Below, one piece after another: positions 10,825 to 19,788 of a stretch of 64,000 bases of DNA (its first letter is position 1; the number at the start of each line of letters is the position of its first letter). The notes below the pieces were generated by a model. It saw only the letters and a list, made by a program, of their open reading frames with translations. It did no database searches and had not been told where the DNA came from. Where the stretch lies: assembly GCA_963662625.1 (NCBI GenBank), contig OY759726.1, positions 448,001 to 512,000 on the forward strand, written 5' to 3'. Made by a program: the position numbers and the translations under genes. This stretch comes from Nitrosopumilus sp. GTDB taxonomy: Archaea; Thermoproteota; Nitrososphaeria; Nitrososphaerales; Nitrosopumilaceae.

Positions 10825-11049
10825 ATGGACGAGGTTCCAATCACCGGCAACCAGCAGTGCCTGGAGGACGCCATATTCCGGGAGGACAAAAAATACGTCG
10901 GGGAGTGGGTGCTGATTGTCGACGAGAGGGTGGCGTACCACGGGCCTGACGGGGACGAGCTGCTGGCCGAGGTGAGGAAGGCCCAGAAACGCGGCGTCTC
11001 CCCGCTGGTGCATTATGTCGGGGACGAGCACGACGCATTCCTGCTGTGA
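10825..11049 (+). CDS. DUF5678-like small protein
   Basis: KY.GEWV.IVD..V..HG.D..E pattern; A/T-rich TATA-like sequence upstream; precedes a retropepsin gene. Confidence 0.7.
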   Translation: MDEVPITGNQQCLEDAIFREDKKYVGEWVLIVDERVAYHGPDGDELLAEVRKAQKRGVSPLVHYVGDEHDAFLL

Positions 11050-11059
11050 GGCCCGCGCC

Positions 11060-11473
11060 ATGTCTGCCACATTCAGGTACATTCCTTTGACTTACGGCGA
11101 CCAACGTCTGAGGAGGCCTGCATTGGAGGTACGGCTTACCCACAAGTACAGCATCAACATTCACGCATACGTGGACAGCGGCGCATCGCACACATTTGTC
11201 CCACAAAGGTACGCAAAACTTGCCGGGCTTTTAGATGAAGGCAACGCAGTGAAGGTTCAACATATTGAGGGATCATACGAGGCCAGGATGGTAGCTGTCA
11301 GGTCAATGGAGATAATGCGGGGCCAGGAAGTGTTTGAGAACATGCGTGGCCAGACGGTGCTGGTTGGAGAGAGCGACATCCAATTCTGCATTCTTGGCCG
11401 GAATTCGGTCTTTAGGTATTTTGACATCACTTTCTCTGAAAAGCGCAGGAGGGTTACGCTGACCCGTGTTTAG
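11060..11473 (+). CDS. Clan AA (retropepsin-like) aspartic protease
   Basis: RP.LEV.L...AYVDSGASHTFVP catalytic motif and ILGRN C-terminal motif. Confidence 0.82.
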   Translation: MSATFRYIPLTYGDQRLRRPALEVRLTHKYSINIHAYVDSGASHTFVPQRYAKLAGLLDEGNAVKVQHIEGSYEARMVAVRSMEIMRGQEVFENMRGQTVLVGESDIQFCILGRNSVFRYFDITFSEKRRRVTLTRV

Positions 11474-11861
11474 TGGAGACGTCAGTATTTGGCGGAACGG
11501 GCTGGCCGCTGGCGGCGCAGGCATTCCGGGGCGCATGAAGGGTCCGGCCTGTCCTGGCAGGTCCGGCGGGGCGCCGCTTGGGGAGCCCCTGCTTCGGCTT
11601 GCGTGCGGGGGTTTTTTGCGGGCTTTGTGCTGCCGGGCCGCCCCCGCAGCCGTCTGCAAACTCTTCCTTGCTTATGTTGGCATACCGCAGTATGGAAAAC
11701 AGGGGTTTGATCCTCAGTTTTTTGTTCCCTGCGGGCACAACTGTGACTTCACTTCCCCTTCTTAGCGTTGCGTGGATTCCTTTCCTGCGGGTCACGGCAA
11801 ATCCCCTGCCTTGCAGGTATCTTGTCATTTGATTGCCGGATATTCTTGGGAACTTTGGCAT
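11454..11861 (-). CDS. hicA: HicA-family toxin (about 70-aa core with GC-rich read-through tail)
   Basis: MPKFPRISG..M..YL...GF...R.KGIH..LR.....VVP...L...LFSILR.A.IS.EEF. Confidence 0.8.
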   Translation of the reverse strand: MPKFPRISGNQMTRYLQGRGFAVTRRKGIHATLRRGSEVTVVPAGNKKLRIKPLFSILRYANISKEEFADGCGGGPAAQSPQKTPARKPKQGLPKRRPAGPARTGRTLHAPRNACAASGQPVPPNTDVSTKHGSA

Positions 11862-12073
11862 TATTGCTCTATTATAAGCATGTTAAAGTCTGTCGGGCTC
11901 CCACGTTCCTCGGCTGCCAGCCCCACCGCCTCTTTCATGCTTTCGGCCACAGCCCCAAACGTGCCTCCCTCCGAAACTGCGTGCAGCTCGTCGCATGTGC
12001 CGACGAACCCCCCGTCCTCGAGATCCTTGGTTATTACCACCGCATACGTTTTCTTTTGTATGGTTGTGGTCAT
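11861..12073 (-). CDS. hicB: HicB-family antitoxin (short form, no DNA-binding domain)
   Basis: YAVVITKDLEDGGFVGTCDELHAVSEG.TF.....MKEAV; stop overlaps the hicA start. Confidence 0.8.
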   Translation of the reverse strand: MTTTIQKKTYAVVITKDLEDGGFVGTCDELHAVSEGGTFGAVAESMKEAVGLAAEERGSPTDFNMLIIEQ

Positions 12074-12149
12074 GGCACTACCAGTCGTCAATTGTACGGA
12101 AAGTCGGTCCGCGCCGGATCAAGAGGACGGTAGCCGGCCATTCTAGGCC

Positions 12150-12897
12150 GTACCGATCACGGAAGGCCATGACAGGAAGACTTGCTGAGGGGTCCCGGAA
12201 GTGCCCGGTCAGGCAGCGAGAGAAGGGCGTGCCGTCATCCCGGGTGGCGGCCGACCTGGGAATCACCGCCAGGCACGTGCAGGGGCCGCGGGCGGGGTTC
12301 CCGGGGACCGGAACGGCGGCGGCGGGCCGACGCGGCAGGCGCGGTTGCGCGCGCAAGGAGGCGCAAGACGGTGACAGTGGTGCAGGACGGGCCCGTCTTC
12401 GTCAGGATGGGCACCAACGGCAGGAGGCTGTGGTCCCGCGTCGGGGAGGGGGTCGCCGTCAGCAGGTCCGGCAGGAGGGACAGGGTGGTAGTGTACGGCT
12501 CCCTCGCGGCCGACGGGACGAGGCCGGTGCGGCCGTGCGGCAGGTCCGGCGGGGATGCCTTCCTGGCGTACCTCAAGGAGATCCGGCGCGAGCGGGGGCG
12601 CGCGCCGGTGATAACGGGCAACGCGGGGCAGCACAGGACGGCGGGCGCGGGGGAATGCCTGCGGGACCACCGAGAGATCGGGGTGCCGTGCCTTCCCGCC
12701 GCCGCGCCGAAGCCCGGCGCGGCGGGGGCCGTGTGGAAGGAGGCAAAGCACGGGCTGGTCACGCCCGGGCACTACGAGACGCTGGATGGACTGAAGCGTG
12801 CGGTCTCGGAGTATTTCAGGACGTGCCCGATCAGGGCGGGCACCTGCAAGTTCCTGTACCGCTCCATCTGAGACGAAATTTTCAATGATCGTCACTA
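12150..12897 (+). mobile_element. Degenerate IS630-family element
   Basis: HTH fragment (VAADLGITARHV) plus eroded DDE_3 domain (VYGSL...FLAYLKEI..ITGNAGQH..VWKEAK); imperfect TIR 12150-12164 / 12881-12895 (11/15), the right one followed by TA. Confidence 0.72.
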
Positions 12898-12948
12898 AAG
12901 GCAGGCAATTTCACGGTTTTGGGGCGCGGCCGAAGGGCAGGAATGGGA

Positions 12949-13668
12949 TCAGTGCCCCTCCACGACCGATATCACGGCGTTTGCCATCCTGACCGCGTGC
13001 TCCTCGGTGAGGTGTCCCAGTATTGAGTAGTGGTTGGACTCTGTCAGGAACAGCATTTTCAACGGCGAGATTACTCCGAGCGTGCCGTCAGGGTACACCG
13101 TTTGCGCCATTTCCATCATCAAGGCCTTTCCCAGGGAGTCGCTGACGTCGGTCAGCCTGTACATCGGGTTCGTGTTGTTGTTGTAGAGGTTCAGCGGTTC
13201 GCCCTGTCGTGGGGCAAAGCTTACGGTTATGTAGTTCTGGGAGAAGAGCAGTTCCAGGTCGGTGTTGTCCTCCGTCAGGGGGACCTTTCCAAGCAGGAGC
13301 ACGGTATTGTCCGGGTGGCGGTACACCTGCAGGTGGGAGTACTCGCTGCCTGCCGCCTTCAGGAGCGGGACATACTGGGAATACTGCGGGTTCGGGATCC
13401 TGGGGCCGCCGGCACCCGTGGCGTTTATGAACGGCGTCACCTCGTCGTCGAAATAATGCCCCCTGGACAGCTTTGAGGCGGGGGGGATGCCGCCGCCCAT
13501 GACCCTGGGAAGATCCGCGGTCACGGGCACTGCCGGATCAGGCGATTCCGTGTGGACGCCGCCTTCCGGAGACTCGTCTGAAGCCCAATATGTACCGGCA
13601 AAGAGCACTACTATGGCCACAGCTATTCCGGCCCCGCCCACGGAGATCGCCGCCCTCCTGTCTAGCAT
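12949..13668 (-). CDS. Hypothetical protein with N-terminal membrane anchor
   Basis: Hydrophobic AISVGGAGIAVAIVVLFAGTYW, then a globular region; start overlaps the stop of the upstream pseudogene. Confidence 0.65.
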   Translation of the reverse strand: MLDRRAAISVGGAGIAVAIVVLFAGTYWASDESPEGGVHTESPDPAVPVTADLPRVMGGGIPPASKLSRGHYFDDEVTPFINATGAGGPRIPNPQYSQYVPLLKAAGSEYSHLQVYRHPDNTVLLLGKVPLTEDNTDLELLFSQNYITVSFAPRQGEPLNLYNNNTNPMYRLTDVSDSLGKALMMEMAQTVYPDGTLGVISPLKMLFLTESNHYSILGHLTEEHAVRMANAVISVVEGH

Positions 13669-15450
13669 GGGGGTGATGCCCCCTTGCCGGTTTTGGTGTG
13701 CCGGTACGGCTCGTCGCCGGTTCCGCACTCGTATACCTTGTAGTGGTCTCCCTCCTCCCGGATAATTGTGGTGCTGAAATCGGTCGAGACTACGTCCGTC
13801 GAATCCATCTCAAGGTCATTCCAGTCGTGCTGGTATAGCGGGTTGGTGGGCCTCGTGGCCTCGCTCCCGATGGTGAATTTGGTTATGGACACTGGCATTT
13901 CCGTTACATATTCGCACTACGCCTCCTTCCCGCCACTGTGCGTCGCGGTCACCGTCCATTTTTTTCCACTATCGTCTGATTTCTCCACCCTGATGCTGAA
14001 TACGTCGCCGTCGGAAACCGCGATGGGCGTTTTATTCTGTAACATGCCGTGGGCCCCGCACCCCGCGCTTTCTTCGGCGTGACTGTCAAGGAACCCGGCC
14101 TCGATAAATCGATCGTTGCTGAAATGTACCCACATGGGGTTTTGGATAAAGCCGGAGCCGTAAGGGACGCCTATGTCGCCCACGGTCAAGTCCACGTTGA
14201 CGCTTGATGGCGGTGTCTTGGGAACGTAGGTCTTGATCGCATAGCACCGCTTTTCATTGTTGATGCCCGACGCCGGGCACTCGGTAGCCGTGTCGTCCAG
14301 CCCGATGGTGATGGAATGCGTGCTGGCCGGAAGGGGGTCATCAAACACCTTGGCCCCAAGAACCTTCACTCCGTTGGGGTAGGTGATGACAGGCGTGGTT
14401 GCCTCAAACCCTGCCGACGGCGCCGCCTGGGCAAGAAAGTCGGCAGGCATGAGGTCCGTCTTGGACGCCTTGCCGTCCGCCCCGGTGGTTGCAGCCTCCA
14501 GCTCGTTTGTGGTGTACGTGTGGACATGCACGTTTTCCCCGTATATTGGCGGTTCCCCGGCGTCCTTCACGCCGTCCCCGTCCACGTCATGAAACACGTC
14601 GATGTCCAGCGTCACCTGCTTCTCGGGTGGCACCGGGTAAAACCCAACCTTAAACTCATTTCTGGAACCGGTGTTTGGCCTCACCACGTATTCGTAGAAC
14701 TCGCCTGACGTGATGGTGTGATCAAACGGAAAATAACCGGTCTGGACCAGCGTGCTGCCCGGGGTGGGGGCGACCAGGCCGAATTCGTAGCTGCCGTCGC
14801 TGCCGGTGGTTCTGCTCCTTTGTTCTGACGTCAGCAGGTCTATGACGTACATGGCGTACCCCTGGATTCCTGGCTCCCCGGCGTCCTTCTTGCCGTCGCC
14901 GTCGGTGTCTGAGAACACGGTTCCGTGGATCGTGGCGTCGTTGTCCTCGGTCACGTTTCGCAGGGCAAATTCGTCTGGGTGTGGCGGCCCTGTGGATATC
15001 CTCACGTCGTGGAAGTAATGGCTGTGGGTTGACGGCACCATCCCGGTCGGGACGTCTACATGGATCCTATACGTCCCGGGCTCTAGACTTAGGGCGTACG
15101 CGCCGTCATTATCCGTTTCAGAGCTGAATTTCGCAGAGTCGGCGGTCCTGGTTGCGTGCACCCCTGTCTTTATGCCTCGCTCCGTATCCTCCTTGCTGCT
15201 GTTGTCGTTTTCATCCAGAAACACCACCCTTTGCTTCCACCGTGAATGTGGAGCCCCCGGTCTGGCTGCTTGTAACGACGCGGTGTCCCTCCCCAAACCC
15301 CATGACACCGCTGTCTGCAAACGCGCCGTGCCCGCCTCCGGCCTGCGGGGATGCGTCCCTTGCCGCGGAATGGTCGGTGGCCGACAGCGCGGCCAGCGCG
15401 ACGAGTGTCCCCGCGGCGGCCAGCAGTGTGGCGGCTCTTCTGTTTTTCAA
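13662..15450 (-). pseudogene. Secreted SdrD-B-repeat surface protein, disrupted by a frameshift near 15228 and an in-frame TAG at 13917
   Basis: Signal-peptide ORF 15450-15211 shifts frame at AAGGGTGGTGTTT into VVFLDENDN; SdrD-B motifs GTVFSDTDGDGKKDAGEPGI and DVDGDGVKDAGEP; ORF 13662-13898 continues in the same frame after the stop. Confidence 0.75.
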
Positions 15451-15590
15451 TGGTGCTTTTTTTGACTCCCGGCCTCCATTTAAGCATGCGTGGCACAGTG
15501 CTCCAAGACTGTGACATGGTCACGCCTTCCTTGAAGGTGGGGCCCCCGCCCAAAAAACCGCGATTGCCGGCTTCTGGAGTGGTGCAAGCC

Positions 15591-15770
15591 CCCCGTGAAG
15601 ATGGTGCCGGAAAGATCGCTTTTGAATTGAGGTCGCGTCCCCTGTTGTGGTGCAGCCCCACTCCCCGTGAAGATGGGGCCGGAAAGATCGCTTTCGAACC
15701 CGATAGGCGCAAGTGGGTCAGCAGGTGTTTTTTGCCCGTGAAGATGGGGCCGGAAAGATCGCTTTTGAAC
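15591..15770 (+). CRISPR. Orphan CRISPR-like mini-array (3 repeats of 35-36 bp, 2 spacers of about 36 bp), no cas genes
   Basis: Repeat cccgtgaagatgg(t/g)gccggaaagatcgcttt(t/c)gaa at 15592-15626, 15664-15698 and 15735-15769; periods 72 and 71; internal hairpin gaaag-atcg-cttt(t/c). Confidence 0.5.
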
Positions 15771-15936
15771 AGTGGTGCACCCGCCCAGCTCGTCATTGAA
15801 CGGGGGCGGCCGCCCCTCCCTGGGCGGCCAGGACAGGAGATGATCCACAAGGCACGCTTTGGAACGGCAGGGAGGCCACATCACCCTGATTGAACAGGGC
15901 CTCAGGGGCAGAACAGTAAAAAAGAAAGCGGTGCGC

Positions 15937-16737
15937 ATGATGGCCATGCCGCTTACCGTGATCCCCCTGCGTTCCCGGAGGATGGAGGGGAGGTTCGACG
16001 TGTTCGGGTCGCTCTTGGAGGCGCTTGGGGAGAACCGCGAGGCGCTGGAGGACGGCGACGTCGTGGTGGTCTCCGCGAAGCTCGTCTCAAACGCCCAGGG
16101 GAGGCTGGTCCGCGCGGCGGGCGTCAGGGCGTCGGGGGACGGGGGCAGGGTCTCGAGGAGGTTCCGGCTGGCCCCCAGCATCGCCGAGATAATCCTGAGG
16201 GAGTCCGACGCCATATTCGGCGGGGTGGCCGGGTTCGTGATAACGTCGTCGGGCGGCATCATGGCGCCAAACGCCGGCATCGACAGGTCCAACGCGGCGG
16301 AGGGCACGGTGATCCTGTACCCGAACGATCCCTACCTGGCTGCCGAGCAGCTCCGCAGGAAGGCATTCCTGGAGCTCCGGGTCCACGTCGGGATAGTCCT
16401 GGCGGACAGCAGGCTGATGCCCGCGCGGGTGGGCACGTCCGGCGTGGCAATCGCGTTCGCGGGGTTCGAGCCGGTGCGGGACATGAGGGCCAGGAGGGAC
16501 CTGGACGGGAACCCGCTGAAGGTGACGTTCCAGGCGGTGGCAGACAACATCGCGGCCATCGCCAACCAGGAGATGGGGGAGGGGTCAGAGTCAAGGCCGT
16601 TCGCGATAGTGAGGGGCTCTGGGGCAAGGCTCACCGGCAGGAAGGCGGGGCCCGGCGAGACGGCGGTGCCCCCCGGGCAGTGCGTGTACGTGAGGGGCCT
16701 GTCGGGCGCCTCCCCGTTCCGGGCAGGCGGCGCCTAG
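15937..16737 (+). CDS. cofE: Coenzyme F420-0:L-glutamate ligase
   Basis: DGDVVVVSAKLVS.AQG, NAGIDRSN, G...ADS, DLDGNPL.VT..AVAD.IA..A...MGEG. Confidence 0.9.
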   Translation: MMAMPLTVIPLRSRRMEGRFDVFGSLLEALGENREALEDGDVVVVSAKLVSNAQGRLVRAAGVRASGDGGRVSRRFRLAPSIAEIILRESDAIFGGVAGFVITSSGGIMAPNAGIDRSNAAEGTVILYPNDPYLAAEQLRRKAFLELRVHVGIVLADSRLMPARVGTSGVAIAFAGFEPVRDMRARRDLDGNPLKVTFQAVADNIAAIANQEMGEGSESRPFAIVRGSGARLTGRKAGPGETAVPPGQCVYVRGLSGASPFRAGGA

Positions 16738-16820
16738 CGCCGGCTCTGGGGGCCGCGCCTGCCGCCCCGGCGTGGCGCGGGGGCCCGTGTTTTAAATAGA
16801 AGTCCCTTCAGGTCTCAGTT

Positions 16821-17369
16821 ATGGAATACCGCACCACGTACCCCAAGACCGTCTCGTTCCTGGACGGCCTCAGGCACAGGATCGACGTCGACGGCCGCGG
16901 CGTGGAGCAGCTCCACATCGTGGTGAGGAGGAGCTTTGACGACCTGGCCAGGATCTTCGCCTCCGAGGGGTTCACCAAGGTGAAGTTCGAGCACAGGCAG
17001 CCGGGCCAGATCGGGAGCGGCCTGAACCTCAAGCTCAAGAAGCCCTGGGAGATGCACGTCAGGATGGTCGACCTGAAGAAGGGCCTGATCGGGATCCACG
17101 CCGAGGTAGAGGTGTCGAGGGACTACCTGCAGCACCTCTTCTCGCAGAGGACCCCCGTGATCTACGAGGTGGAGGAGATCCTCAAGAAGTACCAGGTTGA
17201 CTACCGCATATGGCACGACAGGATCAAGAAGGACGTCCACGCCGTCATCGACAACTACAGGGTGAAGCTGGCGATGCCCGGCCTCCCGGTGTTCGCGTGG
17301 AAGCCGATGCTGTTCATGATCGCCACGGTGGGCGCCCTCTATGGCTGGAAGTACCTAAACACGATCTAG
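16821..17369 (+). CDS. Conserved hypothetical protein with C-terminal TM helix
   Basis: Host-like codon usage, TATA-like tttaaata upstream, hydrophobic C-terminus. Confidence 0.75.
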   Translation: MEYRTTYPKTVSFLDGLRHRIDVDGRGVEQLHIVVRRSFDDLARIFASEGFTKVKFEHRQPGQIGSGLNLKLKKPWEMHVRMVDLKKGLIGIHAEVEVSRDYLQHLFSQRTPVIYEVEEILKKYQVDYRIWHDRIKKDVHAVIDNYRVKLAMPGLPVFAWKPMLFMIATVGALYGWKYLNTI

Positions 17370-17371
17370 TA

Positions 17372-17698
17372 TCAGACGCCCAGCGCCTCCGCCTTCGTGA
17401 GCTCCAGGAACACCTTGTCCCCCACGCCGAGCCCCATGTCCTTGTACTCGTGCATCTCCAGCTTGAGCTGGGTGACTCCCCCCTGCACCCCCATTCCGCC
17501 CATGCCCGAGAGCATCTTGTTGAGGTCCTTCATCATGTCGTTCATGTTGGTGAACCCCATCACCTTGGGGCTTCCAAACGGGGAGGGGGGCGACGCGGAG
17601 CCCTCGTTGAGATCCTTGATCGATGACAGCGAGACCACCACGTACGGCGCGCCGTCCGGGGCCGCGTCGATGCTGCGGACGACGAACTCTTTCTTCAT
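17372..17698 (-). CDS. Conserved hypothetical protein
   Basis: Host-like codon usage; TATA-like sequence upstream. Confidence 0.75.
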   Translation of the reverse strand: MKKEFVVRSIDAAPDGAPYVVVSLSSIKDLNEGSASPPSPFGSPKVMGFTNMNDMMKDLNKMLSGMGGMGVQGGVTQLKLEMHEYKDMGLGVGDKVFLELTKAEALGV

Positions 17699-17814
17699 GG
17701 TATAACTGGCCGGGGTCTTTACTTATAATTTTGTTTTTGGGCCCTCCCGCCGCGCGGCGCCCGCGCGCGCCGCCGCATTGAAGACTTAATTACAATTTTT
17801 CGGAACAGTCAGCA

Positions 17815-18351
17815 TTGGGCAACCAGATGCTGGCCGCGACGCTCCGCTACTACGGGGTGTCGCCGTGGGAGATAGAGGTGCTGTACGGGTACATGGTGGG
17901 CAGGTTCTCCATCAAGCAGGTGGAGGTGGAGCCGGACGACGACGACTTTGTGAGCTTCCTGGGCATCGAGATCCCGCTGGCGTTCAACGAGGGGTTCTTC
18001 CAGTGGTTCGAGTACAGGCGCTGGGAAAGGGTGAAGGCGGTGTTCAAGGAGATGAAGAGGAGGCGCGGTTCCCGGAACGCGCTGAAGGTGAGGATCAGCT
18101 TCGCGGGCAGCCCGGGCATAGTCTTCGTGGTGGACACCGACGACAGGCAGTGGTTTGACAACGCGGTGGAGAAGATCGACTTCGTCCTGGAGCTTCTCCC
18201 GTACCACCTGGATCCGGCGAAGATCCCCGCCGGCGTGGAGGAGATCAGCTACAGGTTCCACCCGGACGCCGCGAGGTGGCGCCTCCACGGGGCAAGGGCC
18301 GGGGGCGCCTCATACGCGTTCAGGGGGGACGGCTGGAAGGCCGTCACCTGA
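17815..18351 (+). CDS. Hypothetical protein
   Basis: Host-like codon usage; convergent overlap with the next gene. Confidence 0.7.
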   Translation: MGNQMLAATLRYYGVSPWEIEVLYGYMVGRFSIKQVEVEPDDDDFVSFLGIEIPLAFNEGFFQWFEYRRWERVKAVFKEMKRRRGSRNALKVRISFAGSPGIVFVVDTDDRQWFDNAVEKIDFVLELLPYHLDPAKIPAGVEEISYRFHPDAARWRLHGARAGGASYAFRGDGWKAVT

Positions 18352-18781
18352 GGTCCTTTTGCAGCGGCTCGAGCATCCCGTGGAGCTCCCTGTACTTGGA
18401 CTCGAGGAACCTCAGGGCGGCGCCGAGCCTCTTGGACTTGCCGTACTTGTAGCGGATCAGCTCGCGGTGGTGCCAGAACGTCTTTTCGCCTGCCGCGACG
18501 GTGGTAAAGTAGTCGGGCCCCTTCAGACCGTCGGGCAGCCTCATGTCGTACGGGAACAGCAGTTCCACGATGAACCACTCGTCGCCGTCGGGATAGTCGG
18601 AGCCGGTATCCACGTCGAAGAAGACGTGCAGCAGCTCCGACTGCATCAGGCCGTCGTCGCGGATGGCCGGGTGCCTCACCTGAGACCTCTTGAAGTCGAG
18701 GTCGACCAGCTGCGGTTCGAAGTATCCCTTGATTATGGACCTGCGAAATACCTTGTTGGTCTCGACTATGTTCAACTGCAA
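18344..18781 (-). CDS. Hypothetical protein
   Basis: Host-like codon usage; downstream of the OFOR beta gene. Confidence 0.72.
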   Translation of the reverse strand: MQLNIVETNKVFRRSIIKGYFEPQLVDLDFKRSQVRHPAIRDDGLMQSELLHVFFDVDTGSDYPDGDEWFIVELLFPYDMRLPDGLKGPDYFTTVAAGEKTFWHHRELIRYKYGKSKRLGAALRFLESKYRELHGMLEPLQKDLR

Positions 18782-18825
18782 GATGATATATGATCAGACT
18801 AGCCTATAACCCATTTGGTCGCGCG

Positions 18826-19788
18826 CTATACCCGGAGCGAGTCCAGGATGCCGGAGACGTCGGTGGTCGGGGAGCCGCCCTCGGAGATCTTCTGCTTGGC
18901 CGGCGGGTTTTCCAGGTAGTTCGGGATCTTGTCGACCAGCCTGACGGCGTACGGGGAGACAGTCTCGTTCTGGTAGAACACTCCTATGGGGATCTTGCTG
19001 TCCCACTCCAGCGACTTTATCAGGGCCTGCGACATTTTGTCGTCCACCTCGGCCACGTCGTTGTAGTGGACCACGGGATCAAAGTGCGAGTCCTCCAGCT
19101 TGTATATCCGGGAGTGCCTGGCCATCGACTCGTCTGCCAGGTCGGCCCCGGCGAACCAGTCCCTCGTGTTGATGTCGTTGTACGTGGGGCAGGGCTGCAG
19201 CACGTCAAGGAACGACAGGCCCCTGTGCCTCACGGCCTGCATGATCATGGACTTGAGGTGCCTGACGTCGTAGGAGTACCCGCGCCCGATGAACGTGAAC
19301 CCGCTGGCCACCGCTAGCCCGATCGGGTTGACGTGGGAGTTCGAGTTGGGGGTGGGGAGCGACTTTGTCTTCTCCCCGAGCTTCAGCGTCGGGGACGCCT
19401 GCCCCTTGGTGAGCCCGTAGACCCCGTTGTTGAATATGATGTAGGTCATGTCCACGTTGCGCCTCCCGGCCGCGACAAAGTGCCCCGCGCCGATTCCCAG
19501 GCCGTCCCCGTCCCCGCCAACCGCGACCACGGTCATCTCGGGGTTGGCGAGCTTGCACCCCTGGGCAAACGTCAGCACCCGCCCGTGGAGCGTGTGGACG
19601 CCGTAGGTGTTGATGTAGTGGGACGTCTTCCCGGAGCAGCCTATCCCCGAGAAGATGGCCGCCTTGTCCCGCTGGATTCCCATCTCCGCGAGCGCCATCT
19701 GCAGCGCGTTGACTATCCCAAAGTCCCCGCACCCCGGGCACCAGTCGTTGTGCACGTCGGTCTTGTAGTCTGCGAGCTTAAGCGCCAT
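18826..19788 (-). CDS. 2-oxoacid:ferredoxin oxidoreductase beta subunit
   Basis: WCPGCGDFG, SGIGCS, HTLHGR, GDGDG...NNGVYGLTKGQASPT (TPP-binding). Confidence 0.95.
   Translation of the reverse strand: MALKLADYKTDVHNDWCPGCGDFGIVNALQMALAEMGIQRDKAAIFSGIGCSGKTSHYINTYGVHTLHGRVLTFAQGCKLANPEMTVVAVGGDGDGLGIGAGHFVAAGRRNVDMTYIIFNNGVYGLTKGQASPTLKLGEKTKSLPTPNSNSHVNPIGLAVASGFTFIGRGYSYDVRHLKSMIMQAVRHRGLSFLDVLQPCPTYNDINTRDWFAGADLADESMARHSRIYKLEDSHFDPVVHYNDVAEVDDKMSQALIKSLEWDSKIPIGVFYQNETVSPYAVRLVDKIPNYLENPPAKQKISEGGSPTTDVSGILDSLRV

Noticed and set aside
13917-13919. In-frame TAG as pyrrolysine or programmed read-through
   Set aside because: No pyl genes in the window and the same gene also has a frameshift; simple decay is more parsimonious.
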